From positions 8,446-72,445 of the forward strand of contig CACBTF010000002.1 in assembly GCA_902542165.1 (NCBI GenBank): 64,000 nt of DNA. Reading direction: 5' to 3'. The position numbers and the translations under genes were made by a program. The DNA is from an uncultured Pelagibacteraceae bacterium. GTDB lineage: Bacteria > Pseudomonadota > Alphaproteobacteria > Pelagibacterales > Pelagibacteraceae. A model generated the notes under the pieces. That model had not been told where the DNA came from. It did not search any database and worked only from the letters and a program-made list of their open reading frames with translations. Numbering within the stretch: position 1 is the first letter of the stretch; each line of letters opens with the position of its first letter. This document shows positions 25,638-34,880 of the stretch, in pieces.

Positions 25638-26684
25638 TTATTTTGGTTCTTGTTGTGTTAAACAATGAATCGCTCCAAAGCCCCAAATTAGTTCAGAACA
25701 ATCTATTGGAATAATTTTTCTATTATAAAATTCTTTTTTAAAAATTTTGATTACTATTTTATCCTTGGGGTCATTGAAAGTAGGTAATAAAACAAATTTA
25801 TTAAAGATATAAAAGTTTAAATACGATGCCGGAACTCTTATTTTATTTATATAAATAGGTCTAGGCATAGGAATTTTTTTAATTCTAATTTGTGAAGAAT
25901 TAATTCTGATTTTTTTCAAAATTTTATAGTTTTCATCAAGATTTTTGAAATTTTTATCTTTTTTATTATTTTCGTAAGCAAGAAAAACTTTATTATGTTT
26001 TACAAATCTAGCAATATCATCAACATGTCCATGAGTATCGTCTCCCTCAATTCCTTTATTTAGCCAAATAACTTTTTTTGCTCCTAAAAACTTTTTAAAT
26101 ATAAGATTATAATTTTTTATTTTTAAGAAAGAATTTCTTTGTTGAATTTTACTTAATAAGCATTCTTTGGTTGTGAGAAGTAAACCTTTTCCATTTACAT
26201 CGATCGCTCCCCCCTCGAGAACTATTGGTTTCTTATTAAACTTTGGAGTGATGACATTTCCTTTGTAATAATTTTTTATTCTCAAATTGATTTTATTATC
26301 CGCCCTATAATTTTTATATTTAGCCCAACCATTAAACTTCCAATTTAATAAAATATTTTGATTTTTTTTATTCTTAATAAATATTGGCCCCGTATCTCTC
26401 ATCCATACTCTATCTGTTTTACAAATAATAAATTTTACATTTTTTACTTTTGCATTATTTTTCCTGAGCAATCTTTTAATTTCATTCTTAGAATTGTAGT
26501 TTTTAATTAATAGATTTACTTCCTGTGACTTAGTAATTTTAGAGATTATTTCTGCAAATTTCTTGGGGATATTTTTAAATTTGCCTGGCCAATCATTTTT
26601 ATTATAAGGCCATCCTATTAATGTAGATTGTTGAATTTCCCATTCAGCTGGCATCCTGAAAAGAGATTTTGTTATTCTAGGCAT
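25638..26684 (-). CDS. aguA: Agmatine deiminase (peptidyl-arginine deiminase family)
   Basis: RMPAEWE, WMRDTGP, FNGWA.KY, LEGGAID, DDTHGHVD, ASYLNF, GAIHCLTQQ (catalytic Cys). Confidence 0.9.
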   Translation of the reverse strand: MPRITKSLFRMPAEWEIQQSTLIGWPYNKNDWPGKFKNIPKKFAEIISKITKSQEVNLLIKNYNSKNEIKRLLRKNNAKVKNVKFIICKTDRVWMRDTGPIFIKNKKNQNILLNWKFNGWAKYKNYRADNKINLRIKNYYKGNVITPKFNKKPIVLEGGAIDVNGKGLLLTTKECLLSKIQQRNSFLKIKNYNLIFKKFLGAKKVIWLNKGIEGDDTHGHVDDIARFVKHNKVFLAYENNKKDKNFKNLDENYKILKKIRINSSQIRIKKIPMPRPIYINKIRVPASYLNFYIFNKFVLLPTFNDPKDKIVIKIFKKEFYNRKIIPIDCSELIWGFGAIHCLTQQEPK

Positions 26685-27552
26685 CTCTTGGATTTTTAAG
26701 TAGTCCTTTATAATAGTCTATTCTTCTATCTCTAAAAAAAGGCCAATGTTGTCTAGAGGTTTCCACTTTGTTGAAATCAATTTCACAAATCAAAATGTTT
26801 TCTTTTAAACTGGCTTTTTTAACAACATTACCACTTGGATCAAATATTACACTATTCCCCCAGAACTCTATCTTTTTATTACCTTGTTTTTCAATTCCAA
26901 CTCTATTTACTGCAGCAATATATATACCATTAGCTATTGCGTGAGACCTTTGAATTGAAAGCCAGGACTCGAGTTGCGACTTACCATATTTTCTTTTTTC
27001 TTTTGGATGCCATCCAATAGCTGTTGGATAAAAAATAATTTCTGCACCTTTAAGAGCTGTTAATCTTGCTGCTTCAGGAAACCACTGATCCCAACAAATT
27101 AAAGTTCCTAAATTACCTTTTGAAGTTTTAAAAGATTTGAAACCTAAATCTCCAGGAGCAAAATAAAACTTCTCGTAAAATTGAGGATCATCAGGGATAT
27201 GCATTTTTCTGTATTTTCCTAAAAGTTTACCTTTTTCATTAATTACAATACTACTATTATGATAAAGCCCGGGGGTCTTCTTCTCAAATAATGAAATAAT
27301 TAAAATAATTTTCAGTTCTCTAGCAAGTGCAGAAAATAAGTTACTGCTAGGCCCTGGTATTTTCTCAGCGAAATTAAAGTTTTTATGACTTTCAACCTGA
27401 CAGAAATATTTTGTCATGAATAACTCTGGTAAGCAAATTACTTTTGCACCTTTTTTTGCTGCAAAATTAATTTTGTCGACAGCATTTTGAATATTTTTTT
27501 TTGGGTCAGACGACATTTTCATCTGCACTAATGCTATCTTCGTTTTACTCAT
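26677..27552 (-). CDS. aguB: N-carbamoylputrescine amidohydrolase-like carbon-nitrogen hydrolase
   Basis: Nitrilase triad LPELF / YRKMHIPDDP.FYEKFYF / ICWDQWFPEAAR, YPTAIG, FFRDRR; adjacent to aguA. Confidence 0.85.
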   Translation of the reverse strand: MSKTKIALVQMKMSSDPKKNIQNAVDKINFAAKKGAKVICLPELFMTKYFCQVESHKNFNFAEKIPGPSSNLFSALARELKIILIISLFEKKTPGLYHNSSIVINEKGKLLGKYRKMHIPDDPQFYEKFYFAPGDLGFKSFKTSKGNLGTLICWDQWFPEAARLTALKGAEIIFYPTAIGWHPKEKRKYGKSQLESWLSIQRSHAIANGIYIAAVNRVGIEKQGNKKIEFWGNSVIFDPSGNVVKKASLKENILICEIDFNKVETSRQHWPFFRDRRIDYYKGLLKNPRDA

Positions 27553-27558
27553 TATTTT

Positions 27559-28605
27559 TTAATTGAATAAATTTTGAAAATTTCTTTTTTGTCTTACTTG
27601 CCAATGTTTACGATGAAACGCATCGCTTGCTATTAGGGGTAATACACTTGTAGCTTCAGCAAACACCATTTGTTCCTTCGTCACATCCACTTTGCCCCAT
27701 GAACTTGCCTCTTTTAAGGTAGAACTACTACAAGCACCATCTCTCGTATCTGCCACAGTTATTTGAATAGCGTATTTATGCATATCTACCTTTTTACCTA
27801 ATAACTCCGCACAAACCACTGTATCCTGAATAAAATTTTTTGGTACCCCACCGCCAACCATTAACAATCCCGATTGTTTTGATTTGAGTTTAATTTCAGT
27901 TATTTCTCTGAACTCTCTTATTGAGTCTATAGTGATGTGATTTTCTGGATTTTGTTCCTGATGCATTACAAGCCCAAATCCTGCAGAACTATCTGTGAAA
28001 GCGGGACAAAATATAGGAACATTACTATCATAAGCAGTTTCTATTAATGAGTTTTTTTTCTTAGAATTTGTTTTTAAATATTTTCCAAGCTCTTTAATAA
28101 ATTCCCTTGAGGTATATGGTTTAGGTTTTAGAGAATTAGCAATATCACATATAGTTTTGTCACATGCTTGAAGCTCCTCTTCATCAATATAAGTGTCATA
28201 TATCCTGTCAATATAGTTGTTTCTTAGTTCAGTATCATCTTGAAACTGCGATCCCTGATAATGCTTGAAACCTAGAGCTTCAAAAAAATCCATATCTATA
28301 ATCGAGGCCCCTGTAGCCACAATAGCATCAACCATATTGTGTTTTACTAAATCAGTGTATAAATCCATGCATCCACCTGCCGAAGTTGAGCCTGCTAGAG
28401 TTAAAAAAATCGAACAGTCTTTATCTGCAAGCATTTCATTATAAATAGCTGCCGCTCTGGCTGTATCTCTAGAAGTGAAAGACATCTTACTCATACCATC
28501 AATAATTTTACGAGCATCAAAAGACTTGATATCGATGTGCTCAACTGGGGAATTAAGTAAAGATTTTTTATTGTGTCCGATATTCGGACTATTTTTTTTA
28601 TTCAT
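27559..28605 (-). CDS. Deoxyhypusine-synthase-like protein (bacterial SpeY / homospermidine synthase type)
   Basis: DRIYDTYI.EE.L, PIFCPAFTDSSAG, GGGVPKNF, EASSWGKV (catalytic Lys), AEATSVLPL. Confidence 0.88.
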   Translation of the reverse strand: MNKKNSPNIGHNKKSLLNSPVEHIDIKSFDARKIIDGMSKMSFTSRDTARAAAIYNEMLADKDCSIFLTLAGSTSAGGCMDLYTDLVKHNMVDAIVATGASIIDMDFFEALGFKHYQGSQFQDDTELRNNYIDRIYDTYIDEEELQACDKTICDIANSLKPKPYTSREFIKELGKYLKTNSKKKNSLIETAYDSNVPIFCPAFTDSSAGFGLVMHQEQNPENHITIDSIREFREITEIKLKSKQSGLLMVGGGVPKNFIQDTVVCAELLGKKVDMHKYAIQITVADTRDGACSSSTLKEASSWGKVDVTKEQMVFAEATSVLPLIASDAFHRKHWQVRQKRNFQNLFN

Positions 28606-29786
28606 TAAGCTACTAAAGAACCAACTTTATCATTATCTTTATCGTACATAGATATAATTGGTTTGTCACTTAATTCGTGAATATCATTTGAATAAAAACC
28701 GTTGAAGTTTGTTCTGAAAGTAAGACTGTAAGCCCCTAACTGACCTAACTCTATATAATCACCTTCTTTAATATTATTTGGTAACAAAAAAGGTCCTTTC
28801 ATATAATCTAATCCATCACAAGTTGGTCCAAAAAAACTAAAAGCAGTAAGTTTTTTAGACTGAATTCTCCCGCTTGTAATCATCTTTGATGGTAAAACAA
28901 AGTTTGGTGCTCCAGCGTCAAATAAAGATCCATATGTTCCATCATTGATGTAAAGGCTATTTTTTTTTCTTAAAATAACTTTAACGATTGTAGATCCACT
29001 TTCTGCAACAAGGGCTCTTCCTGGCTCACATATGATTTCTGGTAATTTATTTAACTTCAAGTTATTTAGCTCTTTTTTAATTTCTTCCATATAATTAATT
29101 AATGGTTCAGGATTAAGATCTGGATATATAGATGGAAATCCTCCACCTACATTAATTGTATTTGGTACTATTTTTGTTTTTTTTATTATATTTCCGATTT
29201 CACGAATTCCTTTTGAGTAAGAAATTTTATGCATACATTGAGAACCAACATGAAAACTTATTCCAAGTTTTTTTGAATGTTCCTTACACAATCTTACCAA
29301 TCCTAAAGCTTCTGAGGGGAGTGCGCCAAATTTTCTTGACAGATCTATTTCAGCGTGTTCATTCGATATTGCAATTCTTACAAATAGTTCTAAATCTTTC
29401 GCTTGATTAGTAGCCTCTAGAATTTTTCTCAACTCATCTTTGCTATCAAGAGAGAAACTTTTAACACCATAATTAAAGTATGCCGAAGATATACTCTCTT
29501 TACTTTTAATTGTGTGCATAAAATGTAATTTTGTATCTGACTTAATTTTATTAAGGAGTTTTATTTCATTTAGAGAAGCAACATCAAATTCATTAATACC
29601 ATTAGCAATAATCTGTTTAATAATTTTTTCGTTAGGATTTGTTTTTACAGCGTAGAGTATCTTTCCGGGAAAATGATCTTTAAAAAATTTTACGGATTTT
29701 TTAATCTCGTTAAGCCGTATACAATATACGGGGTGATCTGGTTGTAATGAGTTAACTAATTCGTTAACTGTTTTAAATTTTCCCAT
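28605..29786 (-). CDS. Fold-type III PLP basic amino acid decarboxylase (ornithine/lysine/arginine)
   Basis: YAVKTN (PLP Lys), FDVAS, KFGA, SFHVGSQ, NVGGGFP, EPGR, GPTCDGLD, GAY, FNGF. Confidence 0.9.
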   Translation of the reverse strand: MGKFKTVNELVNSLQPDHPVYCIRLNEIKKSVKFFKDHFPGKILYAVKTNPNEKIIKQIIANGINEFDVASLNEIKLLNKIKSDTKLHFMHTIKSKESISSAYFNYGVKSFSLDSKDELRKILEATNQAKDLELFVRIAISNEHAEIDLSRKFGALPSEALGLVRLCKEHSKKLGISFHVGSQCMHKISYSKGIREIGNIIKKTKIVPNTINVGGGFPSIYPDLNPEPLINYMEEIKKELNNLKLNKLPEIICEPGRALVAESGSTIVKVILRKKNSLYINDGTYGSLFDAGAPNFVLPSKMITSGRIQSKKLTAFSFFGPTCDGLDYMKGPFLLPNNIKEGDYIELGQLGAYSLTFRTNFNGFYSNDIHELSDKPIISMYDKDNDKVGSLVA

Positions 29787-29835
29787 TTCATGTGTTCCTC
29801 GTTAATTTACACAAAGATTTTTTAAAAAATTTAAT

Positions 29836-29873
29836 AAAAAAAACCTTATTTATTCCGCGTTTAAGGTTTTTTT
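29836..29873 (-). promoter_or_regulatory. Terminator-like hairpin in the decarboxylase leader
   Basis: Minus strand AAAAAAACCTTA-13 nt loop-TAAGGTTTTTTTT, about 50 nt upstream of the ATG. Confidence 0.4.
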
Positions 29874-29893
29874 GACTTTATGTAAAGAAAAAA

Positions 29894-29925
29894 AGGACAT
29901 TTTTGTCGTGTTGAAATTTTGTCAA
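29894..29925. promoter_or_regulatory. Possible tandem RegA-like boxes in the regA / polyamine divergent promoter
   Basis: AGGACATTTTTGTCGT and TTGAAATTTTGTCAA resemble the GACA-N-TGTCG RegA/RegR motif. Confidence 0.4.
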
Positions 29926-29945
29926 CAATACCTATATGAAGCTCT

Positions 29946-30518
29946 ATGAGACCACTAAAAAACGTTCCAGAGCAGCTAAAATTGGCAGACTTTGCAGATA
30001 AATCACTCCTTATCCTTGATGATGACGATCCATTAAGGGGAAGGCTCGCAAGAGCAATGGAGAAAAAAGGATTTCAAGTAAAAGAGGCTAAAACAGTGGC
30101 TGAAGGCCTTAATATTTCTAAGACAAATCCCACTGCTTTTGCAGTGATAGATCTTAGGCTTGAGGATGGTAATGGATTAGATGTTGTAAAGGAGCTCTCA
30201 AAAAATAATAAAGATAGTAGAATTGTAATGTTAACGGGATACGGGAATCTACCTACAGCTGTAGCTGCTGTGAAAGAAGGAGCAATAGATTATATAGCTA
30301 AACCAGTTGATGCGGATGATGTTGAGGCGGCTTTGTTAGCTTCTCCAGAGTCAAAAGCGAAACCACCCGAAAATCCTATGTCAGCAGATAGAGTAAAATG
30401 GGAACATATTCATCGTGTATTTGAATTGTGTAATAGAAATGTTTCAGAAACGGCTAGAAGACTTAAAATGCACAGAAGAACTCTTCAAAGAATTCTTTCC
30501 AAAAGATCTCCAAGATAA
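29946..30518 (+). CDS. regA: Redox response regulator, RegA/PrrA/ActR family
   Basis: Receiver domain plus PPENPMSADRVKWEHIHRVFELCNRNVSETARRLKMHRRTLQRIL.KRSPR. Confidence 0.96.
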   Translation: MRPLKNVPEQLKLADFADKSLLILDDDDPLRGRLARAMEKKGFQVKEAKTVAEGLNISKTNPTAFAVIDLRLEDGNGLDVVKELSKNNKDSRIVMLTGYGNLPTAVAAVKEGAIDYIAKPVDADDVEAALLASPESKAKPPENPMSADRVKWEHIHRVFELCNRNVSETARRLKMHRRTLQRILSKRSPR

Positions 30519-30520
30519 AA

Positions 30521-31072
30521 TTATACTAATTTTTTAATTTTTTTGATTTGATTAATTGCTAAGGTAGCAATTAGTATTTTGAAAAGCTCTGCAAGCAAGA
30601 ATGGTTGAGCCCCTAATTGAAAAATTGGCTTGTCCCAACCAATTAAACTACCCAACCAAGACATACCCAAAATATAAATAAAACTTGTGGCTAGCATAAG
30701 TTTTAAAAAGTTTTTTACTAAATTATTGTCGTAATTGAATTTCCCAGAAATATAAGCAGCAACTAAGAAGCCTACGAGATACCCCATCGTAGGACCAGTA
30801 AAGTAAACTAATCCTATACCTTTTTCTGGAGTTCCTGAAAATACAGGTAGTCCAATTATTCCTTCGAATAAATATAAAGAAACAGTTGCTAAACCAAGTT
30901 TCCAGCCAAAACCAATACCTATCATTAAAACTATTAAAGTTTGCATTGTCATTGGCACAGGATAGAAGGGGATTTTAATTTTTGAAGATACAGCCAGGAT
31001 AATACTTCCAATTAAAGCTAAGAAAACATATTTTAGCAATTTAGATTGTCTAAAACTTTTTACTAATTCCAT
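30521..31072 (-). CDS. bioY: Biotin transporter BioY
   Basis: PFYPVPMTMQT, YL.EG.IGLPVF, GPTMGYLVGF, PFLLAELFK. Confidence 0.9.
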   Translation of the reverse strand: MELVKSFRQSKLLKYVFLALIGSIILAVSSKIKIPFYPVPMTMQTLIVLMIGIGFGWKLGLATVSLYLFEGIIGLPVFSGTPEKGIGLVYFTGPTMGYLVGFLVAAYISGKFNYDNNLVKNFLKLMLATSFIYILGMSWLGSLIGWDKPIFQLGAQPFLLAELFKILIATLAINQIKKIKKLV

Positions 31073-31103
31073 ACATCTAAATAAACATTTTTTTCGTTAA
31101 AAT

Positions 31104-32033
31104 CTAGTGCTTTGTTAATTGGACAAATACATCTTCTAAGTCACCATCATCTGTAGAAATATCCTCAATTTTTATGTTGTTTTGATTAAAATAATTAATT
31201 ATTTCACCAAAATTTAATGAATTTTTTTCATATATTGCGGAAATTTGATTTTTTGAAATTATTTCAAATTTGATACCATTCATGACTAGAGAGAGATTTA
31301 AATCTACATTTTTAACTTTAAAATTGATTTTCTTAAATTTAATTCTCTCTAAAAGTTTTTCAGTTGTATCTAATGCAACTAAATTACCTTTATCAATGAT
31401 AGCAATACGATCACACATTTCTTGCGCCTCCAAAAGATAGTGAGTTGTTAAAATTATTGTTACACCCTCTTTATTTAGTTTTTTTACATTATTCCAAAGG
31501 TTGTTTCTAAGCTCCACATCCACCCCTGCTGTTGGTTCATCCAAAATTAATATTGGAGGCTGGTGAACCATTGCTTTTGCAATTAAAAGCCTTCTCTTCA
31601 TACCACCAGACAAACTTCTTGAATACGCATTAGCCTTACCTTCCAAGGAAACCATTTGGAGTATTAAATCTGTTATTCTATCTCTTTTGGCTATTCCATA
31701 AAGACCAGCTTGAAGTTCTAGTAATTGTTTTGGACTGAAAAAAGCATCTAAGTTTACTTCCTGCGGCACTATTCCTATAGAGGCTTTAACTTGTCTTGGG
31801 TTTTTGTCTAGATCGAAGCCCCAAACATTAACATTTCCAGATGTTTTAGTTACTGTTCCTCCTAAAATACTTAAAAAAGTTGTCTTGCCTGCTCCATTTG
31901 GCCCAAGCAGTCCGAACACTTCCCCCTCTTTAACCTCAAAATTTAAATCAGTTATAGCTTTAGTTTCTTTTTTTGTTTTGGAATTCGAATAGATTTTATT
32001 AAGATTTTCAACAGTTAAAGCATTATTAGACAT
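31104..32033 (-). CDS. ABC transporter ATP-binding protein (ABC-2/YadG type), no adjacent permease
   Basis: GPNGAGKT, LSGGMKRR, ILDEPTAGVD, LTTHY, C-terminal DLEDVF. Confidence 0.9.
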   Translation of the reverse strand: MSNNALTVENLNKIYSNSKTKKETKAITDLNFEVKEGEVFGLLGPNGAGKTTFLSILGGTVTKTSGNVNVWGFDLDKNPRQVKASIGIVPQEVNLDAFFSPKQLLELQAGLYGIAKRDRITDLILQMVSLEGKANAYSRSLSGGMKRRLLIAKAMVHQPPILILDEPTAGVDVELRNNLWNNVKKLNKEGVTIILTTHYLLEAQEMCDRIAIIDKGNLVALDTTEKLLERIKFKKINFKVKNVDLNLSLVMNGIKFEIISKNQISAIYEKNSLNFGEIINYFNQNNIKIEDISTDDGDLEDVFVQLTKH

Positions 32034-32075
32034 AATTTTTTAATCTTAGTTAAGAATTCAATGTAATATGTATAT

Positions 32076-34841
32076 ATGAGTTCAATAAAAAAAACAGATC
32101 ATTTTTATTTAATAGATGGTTCAGGTTATATATTTAGAGCTTATTATGCGTTACCGCCTTTATCTAGAAAAAGTGACGGTCTGCCTACTGGAGCTGTTAG
32201 TGGTTTTTGTTCGATGCTTTTTAAACTTTTAGAGGATGCTAGATCAGATAATACTAAAAACAAACCTACTCATTTTGCTGTTATATTTGATTCAGCTAGA
32301 AAAAATTTTAGAAATGAAATTTACAGTGATTATAAAGCAAACAGGACAGAAGCACCTGACGATTTAGCCCCTCAGTTTGAATACATAAGAAAATCTGTTG
32401 AAGCTTTTAATTTACCATCAATTGAACTTTTAAATTATGAAGCAGATGACCTTATAGCAACTTATGCAAAAAAAATTACAGAGGCAGGTGCAAATGTTAC
32501 TGTAATTTCATCGGATAAAGATTTGATGCAGTTAGTATCAAACAAAGTCAGACTATTTGATCCTATGAAAAGTAAAGTAATAGGTGAAAAAGAAGTAATC
32601 GAAAAATTTGGAGTTAAACCAGACCAAGTAATTGACGTGCAATCACTTGCCGGAGATAGCTCAGATAACGTTCCAGGAGTTCCTGGCATTGGTATAAAAA
32701 CAGCATCAGAACTTATCAATAAATACAAAACCTTAGAAAATTTATTAGAGAGAGCATCAGAAATACCTCAAAATAAAAGAAGAGAAACATTAATGTCTAA
32801 CAAAGATAAAGCCATGATTAGCAAGCAATTAGTTACTTTGAAGGATGATGTCCCACTTAAGAATGATGCTGCTGATTTTATCATTAAAGATATAAATAAA
32901 GATAAATTATATGATTTTTTAAGAGACATGGAGTTTAATAGACTGCTAAGCCAAGCAATTAGTTTTTATGGTGAGCCAACAAAAGGAGATTTTAAAGATA
33001 AAACTCTAGTAAAAAAAAATAATAAGATAAATACTAAGACCTACAAAACTATTTCAAAAGAGAAACAATTAGACGAATTAATAAAAAAACTAGATGAAAA
33101 ATCAGTTATAGCGGTTGATACTGAAACATCTTCTCTAAATCCACAAGAAGCGGATCTTGTGGGAATATCAGTATGTTATGAGGCTAACGAGGCTTTCTAT
33201 ATTCCAGTAGGTCATAAAGATAGAACAGAATTAAAAAAGGATATAGTTTTAAAAAAGCTTAAACCAATTTTAGAAGATCCAAGTATAAAAAAAGTCGGCC
33301 AAAATATAAAATATGATTTTATAATATTCAAAAATAACGGCATCGAATTAAGCTCATTAGAAGACACGATGTTACTTTCGTATACATTAGATGCTGGGAA
33401 TAATAGACACAACATGGATACTCTATCCGAACTGCACCTTGGTCATAAAACTATCTCGTATAAAGATTTAGTGGGAACTGGAAAAAAACAATTAAATTTT
33501 GCAGACGTAAAAATCAAACCTGCCACTGAATATGCTGCTGAAGATGCAGACATAACTCTTAGATTATATGAAGTTTTATCTGAAAGAGTATCTGAGGAAA
33601 AGTTAGAAAGAGTTTATGAGGAATTTGAAAAACCTATGATCAAAATCCTTTCAAGGCTTGAGATGAATGGTATAAAAGTTGATGACGCTTATCTTAAAAA
33701 ACTTTCTAAGAAATTTGAGGAAAGATTGATTATTATTGAAAAAGAAATTTATAAAATATCAGGTAAAAAATTCAATATCGGTTCTCCAAAACAACTAGGA
33801 GAAATTATTTATAATGACCTAAAAATAGCTAAGTTAAAAAAAACAAAAAAAGGTAGTTTAGCTACAAGTGCTAAAATCCTAGAGGATTTAGCTTTAACAG
33901 GACATAAATTTCCTAATTTAGTTTTAGAATGGCGACAGGTTTCAAAACTAAAAAGCACTTACACAGATGCTTTGCAGGATCATATAAGTAAAAAAACAAA
34001 AAGAGTTCACACTTCCTTCTTACTCGCAGCAACTAATACTGGTAGGCTAGCTTCAAGTGATCCAAATCTACAAAATATTCCTATAAAAACCTCAGATGGA
34101 AAAGAAATAAGAAAAGCCTTTGTAGCTGATAAAAATAATTTACTTATTTCAGCGGATTACAATCAAATAGAAATGAGAATTCTTGCTGATATGGCCGATG
34201 TCAAGGAATTAAAGAGAGCTTTTAAAAATAATCAGGATATCCACTCTTTAACAGCGAGCCAAGTCTTTGATGTTCCAATTACCAAAGTGACAGATGATTT
34301 TAGAAGAAAGGCAAAGGCCATCAATTTTGGAATTATTTATGGAATAACACAATATGGATTAGCAAAACAAATATCGGTGTCAAACGAAGAAGCTTTAAAT
34401 TTCATTAATTCATATTTTAGGAAATTTCCTGAGATAAAAGATTACATGAATACTACAATTAAAACTTGCAGGAAGCAGGGTTTTGTCACAAATATTTTTG
34501 GTAGAAGAATTCATTTAAGAGGAATTAATGATAAAAATTTTAGCGTACGTGCCTTTCAGGAAAGAGCAGCCATTAATGCTCCAATACAAGGTTCAGCAGC
34601 AGATATTATTAGATTGGCAATGATAAAAATTGATAAGGTTCTAGACGAAAAAAAGAAGGCAAAAATGCTTTTACAAATACATGATGAACTTATTTTTGAG
34701 TGTTTAAAAAAAGATGAGAATGAAGTAAAGAAGATTGTAAAAGAAGCAATGACTTCAATTTCAAGTTCAGATCATCATATGTTTTCAATACCTTTGGAAG
34801 TAAGTATAAATTCTGGAAACAATTGGGGAGAGGCCCATTAA
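32076..34841 (+). CDS. polA: DNA polymerase I
   Basis: 5'-3' exonuclease (YEADD, GDSSDNVPGV), DTET, TGRLASSDPNLQNIP, ADYNQIE.R, KAINFGIIYG, QIHDEL. Confidence 0.98.
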   Translation: MSSIKKTDHFYLIDGSGYIFRAYYALPPLSRKSDGLPTGAVSGFCSMLFKLLEDARSDNTKNKPTHFAVIFDSARKNFRNEIYSDYKANRTEAPDDLAPQFEYIRKSVEAFNLPSIELLNYEADDLIATYAKKITEAGANVTVISSDKDLMQLVSNKVRLFDPMKSKVIGEKEVIEKFGVKPDQVIDVQSLAGDSSDNVPGVPGIGIKTASELINKYKTLENLLERASEIPQNKRRETLMSNKDKAMISKQLVTLKDDVPLKNDAADFIIKDINKDKLYDFLRDMEFNRLLSQAISFYGEPTKGDFKDKTLVKKNNKINTKTYKTISKEKQLDELIKKLDEKSVIAVDTETSSLNPQEADLVGISVCYEANEAFYIPVGHKDRTELKKDIVLKKLKPILEDPSIKKVGQNIKYDFIIFKNNGIELSSLEDTMLLSYTLDAGNNRHNMDTLSELHLGHKTISYKDLVGTGKKQLNFADVKIKPATEYAAEDADITLRLYEVLSERVSEEKLERVYEEFEKPMIKILSRLEMNGIKVDDAYLKKLSKKFEERLIIIEKEIYKISGKKFNIGSPKQLGEIIYNDLKIAKLKKTKKGSLATSAKILEDLALTGHKFPNLVLEWRQVSKLKSTYTDALQDHISKKTKRVHTSFLLAATNTGRLASSDPNLQNIPIKTSDGKEIRKAFVADKNNLLISADYNQIEMRILADMADVKELKRAFKNNQDIHSLTASQVFDVPITKVTDDFRRKAKAINFGIIYGITQYGLAKQISVSNEEALNFINSYFRKFPEIKDYMNTTIKTCRKQGFVTNIFGRRIHLRGINDKNFSVRAFQERAAINAPIQGSAADIIRLAMIKIDKVLDEKKKAKMLLQIHDELIFECLKKDENEVKKIVKEAMTSISSSDHHMFSIPLEVSINSGNNWGEAH

Positions 34842-34880
34842 ACGCCTAAATTTTGACAACATAATCAAGAGAATAAAATT

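Noticed and set aside
27559-28605. True deoxyhypusine synthase modifying a translation factor
   Set aside because: Bacteria lack eIF5A, and the operon context points to polyamine synthesis.
32034-32075. CtrA box upstream of polA
   Set aside because: TTAA-N6-TTAA spacing does not fit TTAA-N7-TTAA, and such motifs arise readily by chance at this AT content.
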